Assembly (NCBI GenBank): GCA_903928015.1
Contig: CAIYPF010000034.1
Coordinates: 13,613 to 77,612 of the forward strand
DNA: 64,000 nucleotides
Direction of reading: 5' to 3'
From: an uncultured Gammaproteobacteria bacterium
Lineage (GTDB): Bacteria > Pseudomonadota > Gammaproteobacteria > Pseudomonadales > UBA5518
Shown: one piece after another, positions 44,149-55,783 of the stretch
Layout: each line of letters begins with the position of its first letter
Numbering within the stretch: the first letter of the stretch is position 1
Made by a program: the position numbers and the translations under genes
The notes under the pieces: model-generated
What the model saw: only the letters and a program-made list of their open reading frames with translations
What the model was told of the DNA's origin: nothing
The model's database searches: none

Positions 44149-45603
44149 ATGCTTTCAGACTGGGAAACCGTGATCGGGCTCGAGGTGCACGTGCAGCTCG
44201 CCACCCGCAGCAAGATCTTCTCGGGTGCCGCGACCCGCTTTGGCGCGGAGCCCAACACCCAGGCCTGCGCCGTCGACCTCGCGATGCCCGGCACGCTGCC
44301 GGTACTGAACCGCGAAGCCGTGCGCATGGCCGTGAAGTTCGGCCTCGCCATAGGCGCCGAGATCGCGTCAGTCTCGGTCTTCGACCGCAAGAACTACTTC
44401 TATCCGGATCTGCCCAAGGGCTACCAGATCAGCCAGCTCGACCACCCTGTCGTCGGCTGCGGTTCGGTGACAGTGGAGCTGCCTGACGGCAGCTCGAAGT
44501 GCATCGGAGTTACCCGCGCGCACCTCGAAGAAGACGCGGGCAAGTCGCTGCACGAGGACTTCCACGGCCTGACCGGCATCGATCTGAACCGTGCCGGTAC
44601 GCCGCTGCTCGAGATCGTCTCCGAGCCCGAGATACGCAGCGCCCAGGAGGCCGTGGCGTATCTGCGCCAGATCCACTCGATCATCCGTTACCTGGGGATT
44701 TCCGACGGCAACATGGCCGAGGGCTCGATGCGCTGCGACGTCAACCTCTCGTTGCGCCGTCATGGCCAGAGCGAGTTCGGCACCCGCTGCGAGATCAAGA
44801 ACGTCAACTCCTTCCGCTTCGTCGAGAAGGCCATCGAGTGCGAGCGCGAGCGCCAGGCAGACATCCTGGAAGGCGGCGGCAAGATCAAACAGGAGACGCG
44901 CCTCTACGACGCCGAGCGCAACGAGACCCGCTCCATGCGCAGCAAAGAAGTGGCGCACGACTACCGGTACTTCCCGGAGCCCGACCTGCTGCCGGTGCAT
45001 GTGAGTGAGGAATTCATCGCCTCCGTCCGCGCCGAACTGCCCGAACTCCCTGCGCAGAAAGTGCAGCGCTTCCGCACGCAGTTCGGGCTGGGCGCCTACG
45101 ATGCCGCGCAACTTGCTGCGAGCCGTGAACTGGCAGACTACTTCGAGGAGACCGCCGGCGCGACGGGCGACGCCAAGACAGCCGCCAACTGGGTGCTCTC
45201 GGAACTGCTGGCGCGGCTGAACCGCGACGGTTTCGACGTGTCAGCCTCGCCGGTGCCTGCCGCATCGCTGGGCGCGCTGATCGCGCGCATCCACGACAAC
45301 ACGATCTCGGGCAAGATCGCCAAGACCGTCTTCGAGGCCATGTGGGCCGGCGAAGGCGAGCCCGACGCCATCATCGACGCCCGCGGCCTGCGCCAGGTAG
45401 CCGATTCCGGCGCCATCGCGCAGTTGGTGGATGCGGCGCTGGCGGCGAACGCCGGGCAGGTAGAGCAGTACCGCGCCACGCCAGCCGACAAGCGCCAGCG
45501 CATGTTCGGCTTCTTCGTGGGCCAGGTCATGAAGGCAAGCCAGGGCAAAGCCAATCCGCAGCAGGTGAACGACCTGCTGCGCGAGCGTCTCGACGGGGAG
45601 TAA
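44149..45603 (+). CDS. gatB: Asp/Glu-tRNA amidotransferase subunit B
   Basis: [44 protein letters not shown]; ATG 44149. Confidence 0.97.
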   Translation: MLSDWETVIGLEVHVQLATRSKIFSGAATRFGAEPNTQACAVDLAMPGTLPVLNREAVRMAVKFGLAIGAEIASVSVFDRKNYFYPDLPKGYQISQLDHPVVGCGSVTVELPDGSSKCIGVTRAHLEEDAGKSLHEDFHGLTGIDLNRAGTPLLEIVSEPEIRSAQEAVAYLRQIHSIIRYLGISDGNMAEGSMRCDVNLSLRRHGQSEFGTRCEIKNVNSFRFVEKAIECERERQADILEGGGKIKQETRLYDAERNETRSMRSKEVAHDYRYFPEPDLLPVHVSEEFIASVRAELPELPAQKVQRFRTQFGLGAYDAAQLAASRELADYFEETAGATGDAKTAANWVLSELLARLNRDGFDVSASPVPAASLGALIARIHDNTISGKIAKTVFEAMWAGEGEPDAIIDARGLRQVADSGAIAQLVDAALAANAGQVEQYRATPADKRQRMFGFFVGQVMKASQGKANPQQVNDLLRERLDGE

Positions 45604-45607
45604 AACG

Positions 45608-45901
45608 ATGTTGCCTGCACGCAAAGACAAGAAGAAAGTCGTCGACGAGGTCTGGACCCCGGAACGGGTCCGCAGCTTCCTGGACCTTGAGCCGCCGGCA
45701 GGCATCGACGCCGACTTCCACCGCTTGCGTCGCGCCTACCAGAGCATGCGGGTGGAGGATTTCGAGGACTTCGTCGAAATGTTCTCGGCGGCGGGTGGAA
45801 AGTTCGACACGCGCGGCCCCGAGGGGAAGACGCTGGTCGAGGAGCTTCGCACCCACGCCCATGGCGCGTCTTTCGCGTCAGTGATCGAAAGCCTGGGCTG
45901 A
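45608..45901 (+). CDS. PA4642-like conserved small protein
   Basis: RKDKKKVVDEVW..F, DFHRL..AY..MR pattern recalled from the Pseudomonas PA4642 family. Confidence 0.7.
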   Translation: MLPARKDKKKVVDEVWTPERVRSFLDLEPPAGIDADFHRLRRAYQSMRVEDFEDFVEMFSAAGGKFDTRGPEGKTLVEELRTHAHGASFASVIESLG

Positions 45902-45953
45902 ACGCGCCCGTTACCTGAGGCCAGCGCCGATCAGCGCGCCGGCACGCAAGCGC

Positions 45954-47162
45954 TCAACGGCGGTGTTCGAGCATCTCCGGTCCGGGCTGGATGCAGGGCA
46001 GTTTCTGGCCGAGCAGTTGCTCGATGGGGCCCAGAAGAAAGGCATCGTCCTCACACGCGAAGCTGATGGACGTGCCAGAGGCCCCTGCGCGGCCGGTTCG
46101 GCCGATGCGGTGGACGTAGTCGTCAGGGTCTTCCGGCAGGGTGAAGTTGATGACGTGCGTCACGCCGTCGACGTGGATGCCACGCCCGGCCACGTCGGTG
46201 GCAACAAGCACGCGGTAGGCGCCACTGCGGAAGGCCTCCAGAGTCTTCAGCCGCTTCTGCTGCGGCACCTCGCCCGAGAGGATTCCGCAACTCACGCCCG
46301 CACGCTCAAGACGCTCGTGCAGACGCCGGACCTGATCGCGACGGTTGGCGAATACCATCACGCTCACCGCCTCGGGGCTGCGCAGCACGTTCAGCAGCAG
46401 GTCGAGTTTCTTGCGCGACTCGACGATATAGACGATCTGGTCAACGTCCTTCGCGGCCACGCTCTGCGGCTCGATCTCGACGCGCACGGGCTCGTGGGTC
46501 CACTGGTCGGAGAGCCGAACCACCTCCTCCGTGAAGGTGGCGCTGAAAAACATGGTCTGGCGGTGCGTTCTCGCGGGGGTCGCGCGGATGATGCGGCGTA
46601 CCTGCGGGATGAAGCCCATGTCGAGCATGCGGTCGGCTTCGTCGATAACCAGCATTTCGATGCGGTCGAGGTGGATCTCGCGCTGGCTGTGGAAGTCCAT
46701 GAGCCGGCCCGGCGTCGCGACCAGAATGTCGACGAAGCGGCGCGCAAGATCCTGCCGCTGGCGGTCGTAGTCCATGCCACCGATCAGCGTCACCACGTGG
46801 AAGCCGGTGTACTTGGCGAGGTCCTCGGCATCCTTGGCGATCTGCAGCACCAGTTCGCGCGTCGGCGCGATCACCAGCGCCCGCGGCTCGCCAGCATAGC
46901 GCGGCTCCTCGGGGGGATTGTTCAGCAGGTCGGTGAGGATGGTGAGCAGGAACGCGGCCGTTTTGCCCGTGCCGGTCTGTGCCTTGCCGATGCAGTCGTT
47001 GCCCGCCAGGGTGTAGGGCAGGACCTCCTGCTGGATGGGCGTGCAATGCGTGAAGCCAAGATCGTCGATCGCGCGGAGCAGAGGCTCGGGAAGGCCAAGC
47101 TGGCGAAAGCCCATGCGGGGGGGCTCGGTGGCCGGGCCGGTATCGGAAGGAATATCCTGCAT
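45954..47162 (-). CDS. rhlB: DEAD-box RNA helicase RhlB (Pseudomonas type)
   Basis: [41 protein letters not shown]. Confidence 0.88.
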   Translation of the reverse strand: MQDIPSDTGPATEPPRMGFRQLGLPEPLLRAIDDLGFTHCTPIQQEVLPYTLAGNDCIGKAQTGTGKTAAFLLTILTDLLNNPPEEPRYAGEPRALVIAPTRELVLQIAKDAEDLAKYTGFHVVTLIGGMDYDRQRQDLARRFVDILVATPGRLMDFHSQREIHLDRIEMLVIDEADRMLDMGFIPQVRRIIRATPARTHRQTMFFSATFTEEVVRLSDQWTHEPVRVEIEPQSVAAKDVDQIVYIVESRKKLDLLLNVLRSPEAVSVMVFANRRDQVRRLHERLERAGVSCGILSGEVPQQKRLKTLEAFRSGAYRVLVATDVAGRGIHVDGVTHVINFTLPEDPDDYVHRIGRTGRAGASGTSISFACEDDAFLLGPIEQLLGQKLPCIQPGPEMLEHRR

Positions 47163-47337
47163 CAATGCGTGCGTCCGTCGCGTTATAAGCGCCGCAGCTT
47201 ATCCGCTGTGGGTACTCACGGCAAATAAAGGCAGCAAGCACTGCCCGGCACATGTGGCCAAGGCCCCACTCGTCCCCCTAGAATTCCCCGGAGTCAGCGG
47301 GCCCAGACCCACAACGGTCCCCGCCCACAGGGAAGCC

Positions 47338-50220
47338 ATGGCAGCCCCCACCCCACGACCGCGCAGCCGAGTGCTGCTGCTTTGCGAAGACCCGGTGCTG
47401 GTACAGCTCCTGCGCGGGCTGCTGCGTGCCCTGCCCGAGCCCTGGCCAGAGGCCGTCGTTCCCGAGCGCATCCCCGACGATATCCCGCTGGCCGCCGCCG
47501 GCTGCTCGCTGTGCTTGCTGGAGCCGGGCGCAGGTGGTGTCACGGTACCGAGGCTGCTGTCGCGGTTGCGGGCGGCAGCGCCGGGTTTGCGCGTGGCCGG
47601 CGTGTTGGGCGAATCGAGCCGGCACGGTGACCGTGCCGAGGTCATGCAATGGCTGCGCGACGGCATGAGCGATCTGCTCGTCGCACGGGAGCTCTCGGCA
47701 AACACTCTCGCCACCCTGCTTGGCCACGCCGCTCCGGCTCTTGTAGCGGCACTGCCGCAGGCCACCGCGATCAACCCGCTCGCAGCACCCGCCGCCGCGC
47801 AAGGCTCCTGGCGCATCGCGCTAGTGGAGCAGCGCGCGAGCTTCGACGCCGACACGCTGGAGCGCCTCGGCTTCGGGCCCGGCGACATCGGCAACACCAT
47901 CGGCGACTGGAAATCCCTGCTGCACCACTCGGACCTCGATGTGCTGGTGAGCGCAGTGCAGTCTGCGCTGGACGGCAACACAGCCGCGGCACTCGAATAC
48001 CGCCTGCGCCGGCGCACCGGTGGCTGGGTCGAGGTGCGGAGCACGGGCATCACCGTGGAAGCAGACACACACGGAGCACCGGTAGCGGTGACCGGGCGCT
48101 TCACCGACTGCGTCGCCGCGACCGATGCTTGGCAGCCCCAGTCACCTCTGGACACCGCGCCCGCCCGGGCCAGCGCAACGGAGCAGCCTGCCACGTCACC
48201 GGCGGCCAGCCAAAGCCCGGCAACCAGCAAAAGCCCTGCAGCCGAACCGGCTGCCCCTCTCGATACAGCGGCGGCGTCAGTTCCCCTCGCTGCGGACCAC
48301 TCGCCGCCCGAGCCCCCACACGAAACAACCGCTCTCGCCAACCACGCACAAACCGCGATGCTGCGCTGCAGCCCGGACGCGGGCGGCGTGTTCCGTGTGC
48401 TGTGGCGCAACGCTTCCGCGGCGGGCGACACCGCCACCGCGGAGGCAACGTCGAGCAGGGCTTCGGACGTACTGCCAGCCTGCGACAACTTCCGCCTCGA
48501 GGATGCCCTCACCCGGGTTCACGGCACCGGCATACCGGAACAGCACGATGCCTTGCTGCTGGAGCGCGCGGACCCTCCCGCCTGGCGCCGCTTCCAGCTG
48601 TGCCGCCTGCCCGATGGCGATGTGCTGCTCGAGGTGCAGGACATCAGCGAGCTGGTGCGCAGCCAGTCGGCGCGGCGCAGCCAGGACGAGCTCACCGGCG
48701 CGATCGTGCGCTCCTTGCCCGTTACCACACTGCTCGTCGATGAACGCGGCATGATCGAATACTGCATCTCTGCCTCGGGCGGGGTGCTGGCCGAGGCCAC
48801 TCCCGGCATCGACGGCCGCCCGCTGGCGGCACTGCTCGGTGTGCGGGCGGGCGATGACTGCCTGCACCAGGTGACGCGGACGCTGAACACCAGCCGTCCT
48901 GGTCTGGTCACCCTGGAACTGGACACGCCCGGCGAACACCACTGGATCGAATGCCGCAGCACCCTGCTGCGCGGACGCCCTGGCACAGCACCGCGCGTGG
49001 TCCTTGCCTTGATCGACGTGAGCACGCGCGTGCAGGAAAGCCGTGAGGCACGGGCATCGAGCAGCCAGTTCAGGGCGGCGCTGCGCAGTCTTCCGGTTCC
49101 GCTCTACCTGAAAGACGTCGAGGGTCGCTACGCCGCACTGAACGGTGCCTTCGAACGGCTGCTCGGCGTGGAAGAGGGCATGCTCCTCGGCAAGACCGAT
49201 GTCGAAGTGTTCCCCGATGAACTCGCCACCGAACTGCACGACAACGAACGCAGGCTGCAGTCAAGCGAGCAGGGATTTACCGAGTTGCGCACCGTCGGCG
49301 TGGGCGCGGCCCGCGCGCGGCGCTGGTGCTTCGAATTCCCGGTCCGCGCGAGCGACGGCAGCCAGCAGGGCTGGGGCGGCTTGTGGCTCTCGTCTGGTGA
49401 CCTCCCGGCCGACTCGGGCGCTCCCGTGGTGGCAACACCCGAGCCCGAGTCCCTTCGCGCGCGCCGCCAGAAGGACCTCGACTCCGCCACCGCCTCGGTG
49501 ATCAATCGCGTCGAGGACGCGCTCACGGATTCCGGCGACTACGCCGACGTGCTGCGGCAACTGGAACAGCTTGTCGAGACCACCATGCAGGCGCAGGCCC
49601 TGATCCACCAGGTGGCGGGCCACGGCGAGGCCGCGAGCGCAAGGCCGCTGGTGGCCCTGGCGCCGCTCGCCCAGGAGATCATGGAGCTCGAGCGCATCCT
49701 CCTGCCCGCCTCCGCGCACTTCCAGAACGAGGTCGAACAGGGCCTGCCGCCGGCGCAGTGCGAGCCGGTGGCCTTCCACCAGATCCTCCTGCGCGGGATC
49801 CGTCACGCGCGCCGCGCACTGGGCGCCGAAGGCACGCTCTGCATCCGCCTGCGCCGCGCGAGCGGCGTGCGCCGCGCCTGCATCGCCTGCAGGGATGGAT
49901 TCGAAGGTGCTTTCGTCGAGTTGGTGATAGAGGACTCGGACACGCAACTCGACGACGACGCTCTCGCCTTCCTCACCACGCCAGGCGCACAGCGTCCGTC
50001 GGGAGGTGGCATCGATGACCTCGCAGAGGTGCTCGCGCTTTCGCACATACAGGGCGGCCACCTGCAGGTGCATCGCCTGGTACCCGGAGGCATCAGCCTG
50101 CATGTGTTCTTCCGGGCCGGTGATGCAACGGGCCTTGAAGGCCCCGGTGCGCGGGGGCGCTCCACCGTGATGCCCTTCCCGCTGGGGCGCAGCCAGATCC
50201 GCGGAACCCCCGCCGACTAG
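47338..50220 (+). CDS. Multi-PAS signalling protein with a degenerate N-terminal receiver and a degenerate histidine-kinase-like C-terminus
   Basis: REC-like fold pattern; four PAS-like segments (LEYRLRRRTGGW, EVQDISE, LIDVS, YLKDVEGRY..N..F..LLGKTD); HATPase-like tail (VELVIED, GGHLQV); start uncertain. Confidence 0.72.
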   Translation: MAAPTPRPRSRVLLLCEDPVLVQLLRGLLRALPEPWPEAVVPERIPDDIPLAAAGCSLCLLEPGAGGVTVPRLLSRLRAAAPGLRVAGVLGESSRHGDRAEVMQWLRDGMSDLLVARELSANTLATLLGHAAPALVAALPQATAINPLAAPAAAQGSWRIALVEQRASFDADTLERLGFGPGDIGNTIGDWKSLLHHSDLDVLVSAVQSALDGNTAAALEYRLRRRTGGWVEVRSTGITVEADTHGAPVAVTGRFTDCVAATDAWQPQSPLDTAPARASATEQPATSPAASQSPATSKSPAAEPAAPLDTAAASVPLAADHSPPEPPHETTALANHAQTAMLRCSPDAGGVFRVLWRNASAAGDTATAEATSSRASDVLPACDNFRLEDALTRVHGTGIPEQHDALLLERADPPAWRRFQLCRLPDGDVLLEVQDISELVRSQSARRSQDELTGAIVRSLPVTTLLVDERGMIEYCISASGGVLAEATPGIDGRPLAALLGVRAGDDCLHQVTRTLNTSRPGLVTLELDTPGEHHWIECRSTLLRGRPGTAPRVVLALIDVSTRVQESREARASSSQFRAALRSLPVPLYLKDVEGRYAALNGAFERLLGVEEGMLLGKTDVEVFPDELATELHDNERRLQSSEQGFTELRTVGVGAARARRWCFEFPVRASDGSQQGWGGLWLSSGDLPADSGAPVVATPEPESLRARRQKDLDSATASVINRVEDALTDSGDYADVLRQLEQLVETTMQAQALIHQVAGHGEAASARPLVALAPLAQEIMELERILLPASAHFQNEVEQGLPPAQCEPVAFHQILLRGIRHARRALGAEGTLCIRLRRASGVRRACIACRDGFEGAFVELVIEDSDTQLDDDALAFLTTPGAQRPSGGGIDDLAEVLALSHIQGGHLQVHRLVPGGISLHVFFRAGDATGLEGPGARGRSTVMPFPLGRSQIRGTPAD
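48199..48234. repeat. Imperfect 18-bp tandem duplication in a Pro/Ala/Ser linker
   Basis: CCGGCGGCCAGCCAAAGC / CCGGCAACCAGCAAAAGC. Confidence 0.6.
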
Positions 50221-50223
50221 GGC

Positions 50224-51021
50224 CTAGCCGAAGAGCTCGCGCAGACGCTCGCCGGGATCCGGCGAGCGCATCAGGCTCTCTCCCACAAGAAAGGCATTCA
50301 CACCGTGCGCGCGCATGGCCGCCACATCTTGTGCAGCCCCGATGCCGCTCTCGGTGATCACCAGACGCCCGGCAGGGATGCGGGGAAGCAGCGAGAACGT
50401 GGTGTCCAGCGTGGTCGCGAAGCTGCGCAGATCGCGGTTGTTGATGCCGAGCAGTGCATCCGGGACGTCCAGCGCGAGTTCCAGTTCGGCCGCGTCGTGC
50501 ACCTCGACCAGCACGTCCATGCCAAGCTCCCGGGCGAGCGCGGCGAGTTCGAGCATCAGCGCCTGCTGACCCACGAAGGCCGCCACGATCAGCAGTATGC
50601 AATCCGCACCCAGCACCCGCGCCTCGACGACCTGGTAGGCATCGATGGTGAAGTCCTTGCGCAGCACCGGCAGCGACACGGCTTCGCGGGCAGCCTGCAG
50701 GTAGGCATCAGCGCCCTGGAAGAAATCGATATCCGTGAGCACCGACAGGCAGGCCGCACCGCCGGCCGCATAGCTGCGCGCGAGCGACGGCGGATCGAAA
50801 TCCGCGCGGATGAGCCCTTTGCTGGGCGAGGCCTTCTTGATCTCGGCGATCACGGCACTGCGCCCCTCGGCAAGGCACGTCGAAAGCGCGCGGCCGAATC
50901 CGCGCGGTGCGGGCGCCGCAGCGCAGGCGGCGAGCAACTCGCTCTGGCTGCGCAAGGCACTGCGCACGGAAATCTCCTCGCGCTTGCGGGCAAGAATGCG
51001 GTCAAGGATTGTGCCGCTCAT
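50224..51021 (-). CDS. trpC: Indole-3-glycerol phosphate synthase
   Basis: [38 protein letters not shown]. Confidence 0.97.
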   Translation of the reverse strand: MSGTILDRILARKREEISVRSALRSQSELLAACAAAPAPRGFGRALSTCLAEGRSAVIAEIKKASPSKGLIRADFDPPSLARSYAAGGAACLSVLTDIDFFQGADAYLQAAREAVSLPVLRKDFTIDAYQVVEARVLGADCILLIVAAFVGQQALMLELAALARELGMDVLVEVHDAAELELALDVPDALLGINNRDLRSFATTLDTTFSLLPRIPAGRLVITESGIGAAQDVAAMRAHGVNAFLVGESLMRSPDPGERLRELFG

Positions 51022-52064
51022 GAGGATGGCTCCAGGCATGCGGTGAAGGCCGCAAGCGCCTCGATACGCTCTGCGGCGAGCCCCGCGTGGATGATGTCCG
51101 ACGCCAGGGCGACGCCCTCGCGAGGGCTTGCAGCGATGCCCGCGACATAGAGCGCGCAGCCCGCGTTCAGGGCAATCATGTCGGCGGCCTTGGACGCATG
51201 CGGCCCACGGCGCTTGCCCAGGGCATCACGGATCAAGGCGGCCGATTCCGCCGCCGAGGCAACCTCGAGCCCGATCAGGCCCTGGCTGCTGATACCAAGG
51301 TCCTCCGGCACGAGGGTGTACTCGCGAATCCCGCCGTCACGCAGTTCCACCACGTGGGTACGCGTGGCGAGACTGATCTCGTCCAGCCCGTCCTCCGCAT
51401 GCACCACCATCACGCGCTCGGCTCCGAGCCGGGCGAGCACCTCGGCCATGGGCCGGCACAGGCGAGCGTTGAACACGCCCACCAGCAGACGTCGCGCGGC
51501 GGCAGGATTGGTGAGCGGGCCGAGTATGTTGAACAGCGTGCGCAAGCCGAGTTCGCGGCGCACGCCGACCGCATGACGCATAGCGCCGTGATGCGCGGGA
51601 GCGAACATGAAGCCGATGCCAAGATCCCGGACGCCGCGCGCGACGGCATCGGCGGGAATGCCGATACGCACGCCGAGCTGCTCGAGTACGTCCGCGCTGC
51701 CGCTCGCGCTGGAGACGCCGCGGTTGCCATGCTTCGCCACGTAGCCGCCGGCTGCCGCCACCACGAAGGCCGCGGCTGTCGAGACGTTGAACAGGTTGGC
51801 CCCGTCACCGCCCGTACCAACCACATCCACCAGCGGCTCCACATCGAGCACGACGGCAGTGGCGAGCTCACGCATCACTTCGGCGGCGGCCGTGATCTCG
51901 TCGATGGACTCGCCTTTCATGCGCAGCCCCACCAGGAAGCCGCCGATCTGCGCTTCGGTGCACTGCCCCGTCATGATCGCGTGCATCACCTCGCGCATCT
52001 CTGCTCTCTCGAGGTCGATGCGCATCACCACCCGCTCGAGCGCCTCGCGTATGTCCAACGCCAT
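51018..52064 (-). CDS. trpD: Anthranilate phosphoribosyltransferase
   Basis: GTGGDG, NVST, KHGNR, GPLTNPA, DGLDE. Confidence 0.97.
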   Translation of the reverse strand: MALDIREALERVVMRIDLERAEMREVMHAIMTGQCTEAQIGGFLVGLRMKGESIDEITAAAEVMRELATAVVLDVEPLVDVVGTGGDGANLFNVSTAAAFVVAAAGGYVAKHGNRGVSSASGSADVLEQLGVRIGIPADAVARGVRDLGIGFMFAPAHHGAMRHAVGVRRELGLRTLFNILGPLTNPAAARRLLVGVFNARLCRPMAEVLARLGAERVMVVHAEDGLDEISLATRTHVVELRDGGIREYTLVPEDLGISSQGLIGLEVASAAESAALIRDALGKRRGPHASKAADMIALNAGCALYVAGIAASPREGVALASDIIHAGLAAERIEALAAFTACLEPSS

Positions 52065-52068
52065 GGAA

Positions 52069-52671
52069 TCAGGCCTCCGCGATTGCCCGGCGCCGCACGC
52101 CGAGAAAGTTGGCGAGCAGCTCGTGACCGTGCTCGGTGAGTATGGATTCGGGATGGAACTGGACGCCTTCGATGTCGAGTTCGCGATGGCGCACGCCCAT
52201 GATCTCGTCCATGGTGCCGTCCTCGTTCTCGGTCCAGGCGGTGATCTCGAGGCAGTCGGGGCAACTTGCGCGTTCGATCACGAGCGAGTGGTAGCGCGTG
52301 GCCGTGAAAGGGTTGGCGAGGCCGCTGAAGACGCCGGTGCCGTTGTGGTGGATGGGGGATGTCTTGCCATGCATCACCTGACGCGCGCGCAGCACACGAC
52401 CACCAAAAGCCTGCCCTATGCACTGGTGGCCGAGGCACACACCGAGCAACGGAATGCGTCCGGCGAGCTGGCGGATGAGTTCCATCGATATGCCCGCCTC
52501 GTTCGGCGTGCACGGTCCCGGCGATATGACGACTCTGGAGGGTGCGAGGCGCAGCACGTCGTCGACGGAGATCTCGTCGTTACGGAACACACGCACTTCT
52601 TCGCCCAGTTCCCCGAGGTACTGCACCAGGTTCCAGGTGAAGGAGTCGTAGTTGTCGAGCATCAGGAGCAT
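52069..52671 (-). CDS. trpG: Anthranilate synthase component II (glutamine amidotransferase)
   Basis: DNYDSFT, SPGP, GVCLGHQ, RYHSL, QFHPES. Confidence 0.96.
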   Translation of the reverse strand: MLLMLDNYDSFTWNLVQYLGELGEEVRVFRNDEISVDDVLRLAPSRVVISPGPCTPNEAGISMELIRQLAGRIPLLGVCLGHQCIGQAFGGRVLRARQVMHGKTSPIHHNGTGVFSGLANPFTATRYHSLVIERASCPDCLEITAWTENEDGTMDEIMGVRHRELDIEGVQFHPESILTEHGHELLANFLGVRRRAIAEA

Positions 52672-52804
52672 GGGAATACCGCGGGGCGGGCCTCAGGCGC
52701 CGCATTATGCCCGTCCCTGCCCGGTTTTTGCGCTGTTCGACATTCGGCCCGATGGTATGGGGCTATACTCGCCCCGCCCGCACCGCCCTCTGACAGGATG
52801 CCGG

Positions 52805-54469
52805 ATGGACTTCTTCCGCCAATTCCGCACGCACTTCCTCTATGCGGGGCTGTTCAGCTTCGTCATCAACCTCATCCTGCTGGTGCCGCCGCTCTACATG
52901 ATCCAGGTCTTCGACCGGGTCCTCGTAAGCCGCAGCGAAGAAACCCTCGTCATGCTGACGATGGGCGCCGTCGGTATGCTGGTGATGCTCTTTTTCCTCG
53001 ACTCGCTACGCTCGGTACTGCTGCTGAGCGCTGGCGGCATGGTCGACCGTATGCTCGGCGAGCGCGTGATTTCGGCGCTCATCCAGAACGCAGGAAAAGT
53101 GAACCGCGCCGAGCAGGTACATGGCCTGCGCGATGTCTCGCTGCTGCGCAACTTCCTCGGCGGCGCGAGCATCATCGCGCTCTTCGACCTCCCCTGGGGC
53201 CTGTTCTTCGTCCTCTTCACGTTCTTCTTCCACGTCGTGCTCGGCGTGATCGCGTTACTCAGCGTGGGCGCGCTCTTCGCCCTCACCTGGAGCAACGAGA
53301 AAATGAACCGCACCAGCCTCGAGAAGGTGCAGGTGGACGGGCGCCGCGCAGGGCAGTTCATCGACCAGGGCTTGCGCAACGCCGACGTGCTGAACGCGCT
53401 GGGGATGCGCCGCGGTTTCGTCAGCCGCTGGGAGAGGCTGAACGCGCCAGTACTCGAGGGGCAGGAGCAAACCGGCCAACGCCTGAGCCGCATCAACAGC
53501 CTGAGCAAGGCGCTGCGACAACTGGTGCAGATCATCATGATGGGAGCCGGCGCCTGGCTGGTGGTGGCCGACAACATGACCTCCGGTGTGATGCTCGCCT
53601 CCACCGTCATCCTGGGCCGCGCGCTGGCACCCTTCGAGAGCCTGCTGGCGAACTGGAACAACCTGGTCGGCGCACGCGCCGCATATGCCCGCTTGCGGCC
53701 CCACCTCGAACCGAGACTCCTGCCTCCCGAAGTCCGCCTTCCCGCGCCGGAAGGGCGTATTTCCGTCGAGCGCGTGACCCTGGCGGGCGCCACGCCGGAC
53801 CGCCCCATCATCCGGGGCGTGGCCTTCGAACTCGCGGCCGGCGAGTCTCTGGCAGTGATCGGTCCCAGCGCATCGGGCAAGTCGAGCCTCGCCCGGCTGA
53901 TCGTCGGCGTGTGGACACCCACCACCGGTGCCGTGCGCCTCGACGGCGCGGAGATAGCAAAACTCGACCGCGACCATCTGGGGCCTTATCTCGGCTACCT
54001 GCCACAGGACGTGGAACTCTTCCCGGGCACCGTGGCAGAGAACATCGCCCGTCTGGGCGAACTCGACAGCGATGCCGTGGTGAAAGCAGCGCAGTACGCG
54101 CAGGCGCACGACTTCATCCTGCGTCTGCCGCAGGGCTACGACACGCAGATAGGCGGCGGCAGCTTCACGCTCTCCGGCGGCCAGATGCAGCGCATCGGCC
54201 TGGCGCGCGCGCTCTACGGACAACCGAAACTCGTGGTGCTCGATGAGCCCAACGCCAACCTCGACGCCGAGGGCGAGGCGAGTCTGCAGCACGTGGTGCG
54301 CCGGCTGCGTCAGGACAAGATCACGCTGGTACTGGTCACGCACAGGCCCGCGCTGCTCGACCAGATCGACAAGGTGCTGGTGATGCGCGAAGGCGCGCAG
54401 GAGGCCTTCGGCCCCCGTGAGGAGGTCCTCGCCAAGGTACTCCCCATGCGCCAGGCACGCAGCAGCTGA
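52805..54469 (+). CDS. Type I secretion ABC permease/ATPase (PrtD/AprD type, no C39 domain)
   Basis: PLYMIQVFDRVLVSRSEETL, Walker A GPSASGKS, GYLPQDVELF, LSGGQ, LDEPNANLD. Confidence 0.93.
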   Translation: MDFFRQFRTHFLYAGLFSFVINLILLVPPLYMIQVFDRVLVSRSEETLVMLTMGAVGMLVMLFFLDSLRSVLLLSAGGMVDRMLGERVISALIQNAGKVNRAEQVHGLRDVSLLRNFLGGASIIALFDLPWGLFFVLFTFFFHVVLGVIALLSVGALFALTWSNEKMNRTSLEKVQVDGRRAGQFIDQGLRNADVLNALGMRRGFVSRWERLNAPVLEGQEQTGQRLSRINSLSKALRQLVQIIMMGAGAWLVVADNMTSGVMLASTVILGRALAPFESLLANWNNLVGARAAYARLRPHLEPRLLPPEVRLPAPEGRISVERVTLAGATPDRPIIRGVAFELAAGESLAVIGPSASGKSSLARLIVGVWTPTTGAVRLDGAEIAKLDRDHLGPYLGYLPQDVELFPGTVAENIARLGELDSDAVVKAAQYAQAHDFILRLPQGYDTQIGGGSFTLSGGQMQRIGLARALYGQPKLVVLDEPNANLDAEGEASLQHVVRRLRQDKITLVLVTHRPALLDQIDKVLVMREGAQEAFGPREEVLAKVLPMRQARSS

Positions 54470-54479
54470 GCACATACCC

Positions 54480-55763
54480 ATGGCCATAAACGTCAAGCGC
54501 GTCACGCGCACCGGTCTCGCCATCATCGTCGTGGGTTTCGGCGGCCTGCTGCTGTGGGGCTCCACCGCCCCGCTGCACGGCGCCGTGATGATGGGCGGCA
54601 TGGTCAAGGTCGAGGGCAGCCGCAAGACCATCCAGCACAACGAGGGCGGGATCGTCAAAACCATCTTCGTCGGGGACGGCGACCGTGTGGAGCGGGGCCA
54701 GACACTGATCCAGCTCGAGGATGCGAGCGTGGCAGCGCAGTACGGCATCGTGCGCAGCGCCCTCGATGCGGAACTCGCGCGTCTCGCCCGGCTCACGGCC
54801 GAGGCCACGCTTGCGCAGGCGCCGGTGTTCGGCGTCGAGCTGATGCACCGCGCGTCGGAGGCAACAGTGCGCGAACTTCAGGAGCGGGAGCTGGGGCTCT
54901 TCACATCGCGTCGCCACGCCCTGCTCGAACAGCAACGGCTTATCCGGGACCAGATCGGAGAGATCCGCCAGGAGATCGCCGCCCTGGGCGCACAACGCAA
55001 GGCCGAGATGGAAGCGCTTTCGCTCGCCGACAAGGAGCTCGACAGCTACGAGGCGCTGGAAGGGAAGGCCTACGTAGCGGAGGTGCGGGTGCTCGCACAG
55101 CGGCGAATGGTCTCGGAGTACCAGTCGCGCGCCGAGGAGCGCTCGGCGGAATCCGCGCGCGCGGCACAGCGCATCACCGAACTCGAGATCCGCATTGCCG
55201 GCCTGAGCAACGAATACGCCAGCAGGGCTGCGGAAGAACTCAAGGAAAACAGCTCCAAGATCCAGGAGCTGCGTGAACGCCTGCAACCCTCGGAAGACGC
55301 CATGCGCCGCCAGGCCATCATCACGCCGGTAGCCGGCCGTGTGATCGGCCTGCGGGTGCATACAGAAGGCGCCACCGTCGGCGCCCGCGAGCCGCTGATG
55401 GATATCGTGCCCGACAGCCAGGACGTGCAGATCGAGGCGCAGGCGCCGCTCGATTCCATCAAACAGCTGCACATAGGGCAGTTCGCGGAAATCCGCTTCA
55501 CGGCACTGCCCTACCGCACCACGCCGATGGTCGTGGGAGAGGTGACGTACATATCTCCCGACGCGCTCGCCGACAAGGACGGTCGCCCGTTCTTCCAGGT
55601 CCACATACGTCCGGACGCGCAATCGCTGCTGGATGCGAAGATCAGCTCGCTGGACCCCGGCATGGCCGCCGAGGTCTACATCCAGACGCAATCACGCACC
55701 GCGCTGCAATACATCATGCGGCCGATCGCCGATTCCGTGCGTCGCTCATTCCGCGAAAGCTGA
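54480..55763 (+). CDS. HlyD/PrtE-family type I secretion membrane fusion protein
   Basis: N-terminal TM, APLHGAV, KTIQHNEGGIV, long coiled coil, PGMAAEV, RTALQY, FRE C-terminus. Confidence 0.93.
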   Translation: MAINVKRVTRTGLAIIVVGFGGLLLWGSTAPLHGAVMMGGMVKVEGSRKTIQHNEGGIVKTIFVGDGDRVERGQTLIQLEDASVAAQYGIVRSALDAELARLARLTAEATLAQAPVFGVELMHRASEATVRELQERELGLFTSRRHALLEQQRLIRDQIGEIRQEIAALGAQRKAEMEALSLADKELDSYEALEGKAYVAEVRVLAQRRMVSEYQSRAEERSAESARAAQRITELEIRIAGLSNEYASRAAEELKENSSKIQELRERLQPSEDAMRRQAIITPVAGRVIGLRVHTEGATVGAREPLMDIVPDSQDVQIEAQAPLDSIKQLHIGQFAEIRFTALPYRTTPMVVGEVTYISPDALADKDGRPFFQVHIRPDAQSLLDAKISSLDPGMAAEVYIQTQSRTALQYIMRPIADSVRRSFRES

Positions 55764-55783
55764 AGCTCGGGGTGGCCACCCGG

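Noticed and set aside
51787-54246. 819-aa + strand ORF spanning trpD, trpG and the ABC gene
   Set aside because: Arg/Pro/Ala-rich off-frame translation overlapping well-supported genes.
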